The position numbers and the translations under genes were made by a program. Below are positions 1-8,900 of a stretch of 64,000 bases of DNA, piece by piece. Positions within the stretch are counted from its first letter, which is position 1; every line of letters begins with the position of its first letter. The stretch spans positions 1,123-65,122 of the forward strand of contig JAITGD010000140.1 of the NCBI GenBank assembly GCA_031280885.1, written 5' to 3'. Below the pieces are notes generated by a model, which was not told the origin of the DNA, ran no database searches, and worked only from the letters and a program-made list of their open reading frames with translations. The DNA comes from Prevotellaceae bacterium. GTDB taxonomy: Bacteria; Bacteroidota; Bacteroidia; Bacteroidales; UBA932.

Positions 1-2709
1 ACGCTGCATACGTTTACGGGCGGTAGCCTCCGTTGCCGCTCGCGCAATTTTGCGGCGTTTGACTAACTCCTCTAAAACCTGCACGTACATCGGTTGAATC
101 ACGTAGCTATTATAATAGTCGAAAGCGAAATGCTCGCCGTCGGAATACCAGCCGTCGCCCACATACCATTCGTTTATCTTGCGGAGAGCGCTGTGGATGC
201 GATAAGCGTCGTATTGCGCGCCAGCCGTCAGCAGAAAAGTTTCGACAGTTGCCGAAAACAGCAGCCAATTATTGTATGGCGTGTCGATGCGTCGCAATTG
301 TTGAAACTCGTCGATATATCGTTGTTTGGTAAGCGAGTCTAAAGGCGTCCAAAGCTGTTCGTAAGCGCGTAGGAAAGAGCTTGCCAGAAAAGCGGCGTCC
401 ACCAGCGGCTGCCCCTCCTTGCGCCAGAGCAGATAGTCGGGGCTTTGTGGATCGACCGCGTGGGTGTAGCTTTTCAAAGCCCATTCGCGGAGTTTTCGGC
501 GCTGTTCTCCTTCTGATGAATCGTCGTCGGGCAAGGCGAGCCATGGAGCGAGGCCGTCCATCAGACGTCCGAAGGCCTCCATGTAGGCTACCCGCGTGTC
601 GCGTCCGTCCCAGGAGGGACTTAGCTCTAACTGCATTTTCTTCGCCAATTCGCCCCGACTCATGTTTTCAAGCACCGGAGCGGCGATGCGATACGCCAAA
701 TCAGCCCAAAATTCTCTGTCGCTTTTCTGCGGATTTTTCTGCGGACGACTTGCGTTCACCTCCATCGGCAACCATACGTCCATTTTGCCTTCGCCGCGAT
801 GCGCCCAGGCGTAATATGGAATCAAGGTCAGTTTCACGTCCTTTGCGGCAAGTTTGCCGGCAGTGTCGTAGCTCAACGATTGAGCTTGGGTAGTGATTTC
901 GTGAACGCCGTAGAGCAAATCGGGTTTTCCCGTAATCTGAAATTTTGGATATTGATTCAACATGACGCTCTGCACATCGAAATTGTTATCGGGCCATTCG
1001 GCGCAGTAAACAAGCGGCCCGCGCTCGATGGCTACGCGCCCTCGATTGGCTTCGACCTTCCGGTTTGCCTTCACCACGCGGGGAAACATATCGAAATGAA
1101 TTTCTACGACGTCGCCTTTTTTCCATTGACGGCTGATGCTGAAATAGCCTTTTGCGAGTTCTCCATGCACCTCTTGACCATTGACCTGCACTCGGTACGT
1201 TGGATTTTGATCGTCGGCATAGGAATACAAATCGCCCGGAAGCACGCTGTTGCGCACCCATCCGGGGATGCGGACATTCAGAGCGAAGGCTTGATTGCCC
1301 TTCGTTATTGTCAAACGAATATCTCCATTCCAGGGATAAGCAGTCGTCTGTTCTATTTCGATGCTTTTACGGTTTACTTTCAATTCTGCTTTATTAGAAA
1401 GGAAAAGGTTTACATATACTTGATTTTCTTTTACGGCATAGACGTATCCCGGAAGCGAGGGGATGAAACGGCTGATGTTTGACGGACAGCAGGCGCAGCC
1501 AAACCATGGTTTTCGACTGTAATTGCCGTTGGACGAAAGGGGATTCGGATAGAAAAAAGACCCTCCGTCGAGCGATACTCCGGAGATAAGACCGTTGTAA
1601 AGCGTACGTTCCAGCACGTCGAAATACTTAGCGTCGGCGTGCAGCAGGAAAAGACGGTAATTGACATACACATTTCCGATGGCTGCACAGGTTTCGTTAT
1701 AAGCCGAAAGGTTCGGCAATTCGTAGTTATCTCCAAAGGCCTCGCCCTGATGACGCGCTCCTATACCTCCGGTGATATAAATTTTGTGATTTACGATATT
1801 CTCCCAAATCCTGTCGATAGCTTTGATGTAAGCGCTATCGCCGGTAAGGGCGGCCACATCCGCCATTCCTGCATACATGTAAGTAGCGCGCACGGCATGT
1901 CCTACTGCTTCATTCTGTTCGATAACCGGTTTATGCGCCTGGCTGTATTCGTCCTTACGCCGGGTGGTTCCACGCGCATCGAGGAAGAATTTTGCCTGTT
2001 TGAGATATTTCTCATCGCCCGTTGCCAAATAAAGTCGAACCAGCGCCATTTCTGCAATTTGATGTCCGGGAACAAGTTTTTTCTGATTCGCATCCTCTCC
2101 AATGGCCTTGCACACGCAGTCGGCATATCGGATGGCGAGGTCAAGAAAATTGTGTTTTCCGGTGGCTTGACAGTGAGCGACGGCGCCCTCTGTCATGTGT
2201 CCCAGATTATAAAATTCATGGCTTAGATTTTCAACTTCTTCCCAGCGTTCCTTACCCGCCCACTGATGCGGATGTTTTGGATTCATCGTGCGAGCGGTGT
2301 AGAGATAACCGTCCGGCTCCTGCGCTCGGGCAACGATTGTAAGTATGCTGTCGATATACTTTTCCAAGTCCTCGTCGGGATAAGTTTGCAGAGAATAGCT
2401 TGCTCCTTCGATGGTTTTATACACATCGGTATCATCAAAAGAGAAGCCCTCCGCCTTATGTTCGTCGCTGGGATGCGCCGCTTTCACAAAATTATCGTAA
2501 CGTCCCGTCTCCTCGCATTTACTAAAAGCTAAGGGGATAGTTATTTCGCGATTTGCTTTCAGGCGCTGTCCCCAAAATCCATCAGTTACTCTAACAGAGG
2601 TAAAAGGCACCGGTTCGACAGGGTATCCCGAAGAAGCCGTCGGCTGTTTCTGCGCCGAAAGATTACCGACAATCAGCAGAGTAAAAAATAATATCGAATG
2701 TTTGTTCAT
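1..2709 (-). CDS. Glycoside hydrolase family 127 (DUF1680, beta-L-arabinofuranosidase-like) continuing in frame into a DUF2264-like domain. The 3' end runs off the window.
   Basis: The ATG is at 2707-2709 and the protein starts MNKHSILFFTLLIVGNLSAQ (signal peptide). It is absent from the ORF track because no stop lies inside the window. I checked the frame by hand from nt 960 down to nt 1 and found no stop, and the track lists no competing same-frame ORF. GH127-like motifs are present: HAVRATYMY, YNETCA, FGCACCPSN and a C-terminal IPYYAWAHRGEGKMDVWLP. Below about nt 740 the sequence resembles DUF2264 (FWADLAYRIAAPVLENM, AYMEAFGRLMDGLAPWL, WYVGDGWYSDG). Confidence 0.8.
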   Translation of the reverse strand, partial: MNKHSILFFTLLIVGNLSAQKQPTASSGYPVEPVPFTSVRVTDGFWGQRLKANREITIPLAFSKCEETGRYDNFVKAAHPSDEHKAEGFSFDDTDVYKTIEGASYSLQTYPDEDLEKYIDSILTIVARAQEPDGYLYTARTMNPKHPHQWAGKERWEEVENLSHEFYNLGHMTEGAVAHCQATGKHNFLDLAIRYADCVCKAIGEDANQKKLVPGHQIAEMALVRLYLATGDEKYLKQAKFFLDARGTTRRKDEYSQAHKPVIEQNEAVGHAVRATYMYAGMADVAALTGDSAYIKAIDRIWENIVNHKIYITGGIGARHQGEAFGDNYELPNLSAYNETCAAIGNVYVNYRLFLLHADAKYFDVLERTLYNGLISGVSLDGGSFFYPNPLSSNGNYSRKPWFGCACCPSNISRFIPSLPGYVYAVKENQVYVNLFLSNKAELKVNRKSIEIEQTTAYPWNGDIRLTITKGNQAFALNVRIPGWVRNSVLPGDLYSYADDQNPTYRVQVNGQEVHGELAKGYFSISRQWKKGDVVEIHFDMFPRVVKANRKVEANRGRVAIERGPLVYCAEWPDNNFDVQSVMLNQYPKFQITGKPDLLYGVHEITTQAQSLSYDTAGKLAAKDVKLTLIPYYAWAHRGEGKMDVWLPMEVNASRPQKNPQKSDREFWADLAYRIAAPVLENMSRGELAKKMQLELSPSWDGRDTRVAYMEAFGRLMDGLAPWLALPDDDSSEGEQRRKLREWALKSYTHAVDPQSPDYLLWRKEGQPLVDAAFLASSFLRAYEQLWTPLDSLTKQRYIDEFQQLRRIDTPYNNWLLFSATVETFLLTAGAQYDAYRIHSALRKINEWYVGDGWYSDGEHFAFDYYNSYVIQPMYVQVLEELVKRRKIARAATEATARKRMQR

Positions 2710-2728
2710 CTTGATATAAATTATTCTG

Positions 2729-2736
2729 CAAAAGTA
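2729..2736 (-). promoter_or_regulatory. Bacteroidota sigma-A -7 box (TAnnTTTG) for the GH127 gene
   Basis: The minus strand reads TACTTTTG about 20 nt upstream of the ATG at 2709. Confidence 0.45.
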
Positions 2737-2756
2737 GGCGAAAAACGTTTTAAAGC

Positions 2757-2926
2757 AATTATGAATTATGAATTATGAATTATGAATTAGCTACGCAGGC
2801 TGATTTGATAGTCTTTTTGCACGCAGGCTGGTTCGATAGTCATTTTGCACGCAGATCTTTTTTGAATGTAAGATGCTTTCCTGGTTCCAGACTGCGTAGC
2901 TAATTCATAATTCATAATTCATAATT
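2757..2926. repeat. Nested palindromic intergenic element (copy E1): (AATTATG)n arm, GCTACGCAGGCTG core, interior, CAGACTGCGTAGC core, (CATAATT)n arm
   Basis: I read directly (AATTATG)x4-AATTAGCTACGCAGGCTG ... CCAGACTGCGTAGCTAATT-(CATAATT)x3. The interior holds a direct repeat of ACGCAGGCTGrTTyGATAGTC. It lies in the divergent promoter region between the GH127 gene and giant gene 1. Confidence 0.9.
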
Positions 2927-2989
2927 AAAAATTTGTATTACTTTCGCGGCTTAGAATAATAGCGACTTAGTAACATAATAACAAAAATC

Positions 2990-5900
2990 ATGAGAAAATT
3001 CTCTTTCGTCGGTATTCGCATCGCTATTGCGGTGCTTTTTACAGCAGGATTCATCTCTGCACAAGCGCAACCCTTTGTTGCCGTTGACGACAACGCTACT
3101 ACAGGTCCCTTGCGGAAGTTACGTATCAATGTTCTGCTCAACGACACTATACCATGTTCGAACCCCACTCTGGGGATAGTCCAACCCGTGCCGGCTGCCA
3201 CCTTAGGCACTATCGAAGTCAAATCGGGCGGATACATTGAGTTTACGCCCAGGCTGGCCGCACGAAACAGTACGGTGCAAATCAACTATTCGGTAAGTTG
3301 CTCCGGCAAGTCGGTAAAGGCCAAACTCACGATACGGGTATCGGAATACAATTATCCGGTAAACGTTGTCCCTGTGGACATAGTTTGTTACGACACGGTG
3401 AAGACGGTAACTTTCTCTCCCGATCTGAAATACATTTCGGGTAACGACGGCGTCGATCTGAAGAAGGCTTCTACCGATTTGCCTCTCGACGGTTTTTCGC
3501 TGCCTTTGGTGGGCGACATCAACGGAGACGGCAAGCCCGAAATCATAGCTCTGGGACTGGGAACTTGGGGAAGTTTCACCGATGGCACCGGTCTGGAAGG
3601 CCGCGCCTGGTATGTCCATATCTTCGACGGTCAGACGGGCGTAAGGCTTTGGTCGGTCAATTTCGGCCCCGACAACTCGGGACATGTTCCGCTGACGTCG
3701 CAAATAAGCTATCTGGGTCATGCGGGCATTATCCAGAATAGCAACGATAACAGCGACCAGTTTCAGCTGCGTTACGACCCGCGACATAATTCGCCCGGCC
3801 ACTTGGCTATCGCCGATTTGGACAACGACGGAAAAGCCGAAATCGTGGTGGTGGAAACAGGAAGTATGGGACGTATCTACGCTCTGACGCCGAGGCTGGG
3901 AGCCAAACGCGAAATTATAGGTTTCAGCAAGATGTGGGAAGGGAACGACAACGGAGCGGCATATAGTTACAAAGATCCGCTGGCCAGAGGTGAAAGCGTC
4001 AGCGCAAGCAATTTGAAGCATTTCGGAGCCGGTATTCCTTACATTGCCGACATCAACGGCGACGGTAAACCCGAAGTGATTGTTTATAACAAGATATTCG
4101 ACGGACTTACGGGCAATAAGGTCTGCGTGCTGGAAACACTGGATCACTTCAGTTTCACCACGAACAGCAACGATAACAAAACACGTTTCAACTCTTACGC
4201 CTTCGTCGGTCGCCGCGTCGGTCTTTCGTGGGACGAGGACGGTATTCCCTGTATGGCTATCGCCGATATTAATGCCGACGGAATCCTCGACATCATCGCA
4301 GGAAGCAAGGTTTATATAATGAAGGATTCGGGCGGCAAACCCGCTCTCGACCGCATCATCGCAGGCCCATCGGAAGTCAAGATGCAAAAAGGAAAAGCGA
4401 CGGCCGAAACAACAACGCAGGTAAACGACGGTTTTACGGCGGTGGCAGACATCGACGGAGACGGATTGCTTGACGTCGTTGTGATTGCGCCGGCTAAGAA
4501 CAATACTTACGAAGACATGGAGAATCTGATTTATGTGTGGACGCCGATGTCCTCCTCGCCGACGACGCCGAAAGCAGCCATGTATCTCTACACACGGTCG
4601 GGGTTGGGCAGCATATCGTATCCTTTTATCGGGGATATCAACGGAAGAAAGGACGATTACACAGGCAAAAAACGTTTACCCGAAATATGTCTCAATGTCG
4701 GGGTGCTGCAAACCAACCATGCCAACAGTTCAAAGATAGCGCGACATCCGCTTTCGACCGGACTGACGCTCGACGGTAACGGATTTCTCAATAATGCGGG
4801 TTTCAATCAGGCCTCTTCCGCCTCCGGGCGTGGACATGTGATTGCTTTTACTTTTCATGCAAACGAAAACGACCCCGTCCAAAGCAATCGAACTCCTCTG
4901 CATCAAAGGCTGAAACTTTCGTGGGCTATGGAACATCTCGACATGTCGAGCCAAACGGGTATCACCATGTTCGACTTCGATAACGACGGGGTCAAAGAAT
5001 TGGTTTATCGCGACGAGCTTTCTCTGCGGGTTATTTCTCCCGCCGGAGGAAAGCTGGATTATGTTTCCAACAGCTACGTCAATTCGCCTCCTTCTGCTGA
5101 TATTGTGCGCTTCAGTCAGCCCGGCGTGCGTTCATATACGGGATCCGAAGCTCCTGTAATTGCCGACGTAAATATGGACGGCAGCGCAGATATTGTTACA
5201 ATGGCTGTGGATCCGAGTTTGGATCCGACGAATACATCTCGATTGACCTGGTCGCGCAGTTTCGTATATGTTTTCGAGCATGCTTCGGGTACTCCCAAGT
5301 GGGCGCCTTGCCCGCCGGTATGGAATCAAACGATTTACTATCCGCTTTATATCAACGAGGATTTGACCGTGCCGGCCCGTCCGCAATCCATGTTGAAGGA
5401 GTATATCGATCCGCATACCAAAGAAAAAATCATGCCCTATAACGGACATTGGATTCAGCAACCAATTGTCAAAGACCGCGTCGATTACAGCCCCGTAGTT
5501 CGTAAGCCCGACGCGGTAATCACCGACATGCAGGTGGCTGTGCAAAATCCGCAGAACATAGCAAAGATTACTCTCACTATTCTGAATAAAGGCGCTGCGA
5601 GTATTTCTTCGTCCACGCCGATAGCTTTCTACAACGGCGGAACGAGAGGAGCAAGCACGCAGGTAGGCGCCGGAGCGACGCCTCTATACGTGCATCCTGT
5701 GGGGGTGGACATTTTCCCGGGCGAAGTTCAGACATTGACATATACGCTTACGGGCATCAATTTTAACAACCGTTTGATTTGGGCGCGTATCATGGACGCC
5801 TTCGGAGCTTTTCCTGCAAATGGTTACGACGATTGCGATCCGAAGAGTAATCTCATGGGCGGAGCCGACTGTCCTACGTTTAAATATACGGTCAAGGCGG

Positions 5901-8900
5901 CTCGAAAGCTCTTCTGCGGCGCGGGCGATTCCATTCGTCTGGTTGCACGGGCTGCGGCTGCGCAAACCGCTCCCGTTTTCGCTTGGTATCTCAACGGAGT
6001 GGCAATAAACGGAGCCGTCGATTCGGTATTTTATGCCAAATCGGCAGGCGTTTACCGATGTTATGTAATCGACGATATTTGTCGCGGATATTCTTCGGAA
6101 GAAACCATCTCTTGGTTTTCGCCTTCGGCCTACGACGACCGCACTTCTACGATGATGAACATACCTGCCAAAATCGACGTGCTGGCCAACGACAACTTGT
6201 CTCCATGCCGGCCCACGCTTTCCATAGTAACTAATCCTATGAACGGCGCCGCCGTGCCGACGGCTACGAACGACGGCATTGTTTATACGCCGCACAACAA
6301 TTTCATCGGGCATGATACGCTGGTATATGGCTTCACCGTCGGCAACTCGACGGTAAGCGCCAAGGTGTATATCACGGTAAGCAATCTTCCCGACAATATG
6401 GGCGATGCGAAATGCTACACCAACCCGCCGACAAGCGGACTGTGGACTATAGGCCGCGCGTTCAAAAGCAAGGAGAACGACAAATTCCTGTCGAACAATA
6501 TCTCGCCCGTCGCAGGGGATATCGACGGCGACAAGATTCCTGAAATCTTCGTTGCAAAATACGCGGGAAATAACCGCTGGAAAGATATATATGTGTTTTC
6601 GGGCGCTAACAGAAGCAATCCGAGGGTTATCACAACCGTCGAGGGCGACGTCAACTCCTTCGGTATGGCCTTGGCGAAACTGCCTAACGGCGTTCCTATC
6701 ATCGTAATGATCAAAGGATGTACGACACAAGGTTCTCTACAAACTAACGACGGACGTATCTACGCATACAATGCTCTTACAGGTCAGCAGTTGTGGATTT
6801 CGTCGGCAAGGATTTCGGGCTTTACCGCAAATCTGAATAACAATAACTATTCGCTTCAATTCGTTGATTTCGATGGAGACGGAACTCTGGAACTTGTCGC
6901 AGGAAAAGATATTTTCGCTGCCGAATCGGGCGTAAGGCTACTGACCAGCCCGGGTAACGGAGGCTTTGCCTCGGCCTCGAAGAACGTGTGGGCGCCCTGG
7001 GTTGCCGACATCGACGGAGACGGAAAACCCGAATATATCGCAGGAACGGAAATCTATAAAGTACATATCGACAGACAAAATTCCGGAAACTCGTCCATCT
7101 CTCTGCTGAAAAGCATCCCCGCACAGAGTTTCGGAGGAGTGAATATCGCGGACGGAATGACGCAGACGGCGGATTTCAACGGCGACGGTCAAGCCGATAT
7201 TCTTGTAGCCTGTCCTGTATCAGCCAAGAATATAGCCTTTTTTGTCTGGGATTATTCAACGGGAACGGTGTATGGTTCGGTATATCTTGCCAACGCCACA
7301 AGCGCCGGAAATATGAGTATGCCCGCAGTCGGTAACATCGACGAAAACAAGAATCCCGAAGTTCTGACCGTAGTCGATAACCGAATCAAAGGATGGAGCT
7401 ACAAGCAGGGACAAGCAAACGCTTTTTCGCAAACGGAAGATTACGATTTCCCGATAAACGATCCCTCGGGCGAAACAGGCCTTATTTTGTTCGATTTCAA
7501 TCAAGATGGAAAGAACGAGCTGGTGTATCGCGGCGAAGAGTTTCTGTATATCCTGCAAGCCGATACTCTCGGCAGAGGAACAAGAAGATTCGAGGTTAAG
7601 GATTCCATTGAATGTAAAGCCGGAACGGGCGTCGAACATCCGATAGTAATAGACGCCGACAGTGAAGGAACGGCGGCTATAGTTACCCTCGGAGGAACGG
7701 GAGGAACAGGGGCTAACGGTTTCGAGGGCTGGCTGTATATCTTCAAGTCGCAGGACGACTCGCCTTGGGCTCCGGCACGGAAAGTGTGGAATCAATATCA
7801 GTATAATGTTTTGAATATAAACGAGAATTTGAGTGTGCCGCCTGCGCGCGTCGGCCCTGCAACGATATTCCCCGGAAAGGACGGCACGCTTGGCACCGCC
7901 AGCGATCTGCAACCTTTCAATAATTTCATGCAGCAGCAAACTCTGCTGGACGCCAACGGAAATCCGATCTGGCCTACGCCAGACGTCGAACTTGACGGCG
8001 CTCCTTCGTTTACTTACGACGCAACGGGCGATTCTCTCCTCGTGGTTGTGCCGATTACGAATACCGGCGACGCTCTGTTTCAGCCGCCATCGTACATATC
8101 GGTGTACAAAGACAGCGTAATGGCAACCAATTTTATTGCTTCCAACACTCTCGCAACGGCGGTGCGAGTGAAGGCAAAGTCGAGTATGACACTGACGGCG
8201 CATAACTTTTCGAGCTATTTGCCGGCCACGAGTATAACCGTGCGTATCAACGACAGAGGCGAAGCACGATACGTGCAGCCGGAATGTGATACGACAAATA
8301 ACAATATGATTCGCTTGCTGATATTGAGCTTGCCTTTAGCCAATAACGATACCGTATCGACGGGAACCTGCGCTACCTCGGCTCCGCTAATCGTAGACGT
8401 GCTTGCTAACGACCACTATAACTGTCAGCTTGCGAATTTGACCGTGAATATCATATCCGCCCCGAAGCAGGGTTCGGCTTTCTTCGATAATTTCGACAGG
8501 ATAGTTTATACCTTTACCAACAGCGGATACGTGGGAACGGATACCGTAACTTATCAAATCGAATGTGGCGGGAATATCAGTATTGCGCATCTGTTAGTCA
8601 AGCTCGAACGCGACAGCGACGCCTTTGCCGACGATCTGTGGTACTTCGGAAACGCGGCCTCAGGAAGCGGTTCACCGGGGATTGTCTTCAAAAAGAACTC
8701 TGCGGGAAAATATGTACCTGAGGATGCTTCGGGGATTTCAAAGGTGAACACTTACGAAAACTCGCTGGTTATTTCCTCGCCTTACTGCGACGGACAGTTA
8801 ATCTTTTACTCGCATCACGATCAGCTGTTCAACAGTCTGCACGAGCCGATGCAAAACGGCAGTATCCCCGGAAATTCATCTTGTGCCGACGGTTTGGCGG

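Noticed and set aside
799-1482. Plus-strand ORF of 227 aa, along with other small ORFs at 94-2532.
   Set aside because: They are antisense to the GH127/DUF2264 reading frame, which shows clear family motifs. The ORF track missed the real gene only because it has no stop in the window.
3203-8203. Long minus-strand ORFs inside giant gene 1 (3203-4387, 394 aa; 5684-6730, 348 aa; 7256-8203, 315 aa), and similar ones inside giant gene 2 (for example 14732-15349, 18113-18775).
   Set aside because: They lie entirely antisense to an uninterrupted ORF with strong domain signatures. Their translations are Arg/Ser/Cys-rich low-complexity sequence with no motifs. They are typical shadow ORFs of a repetitive gene with biased codon use.
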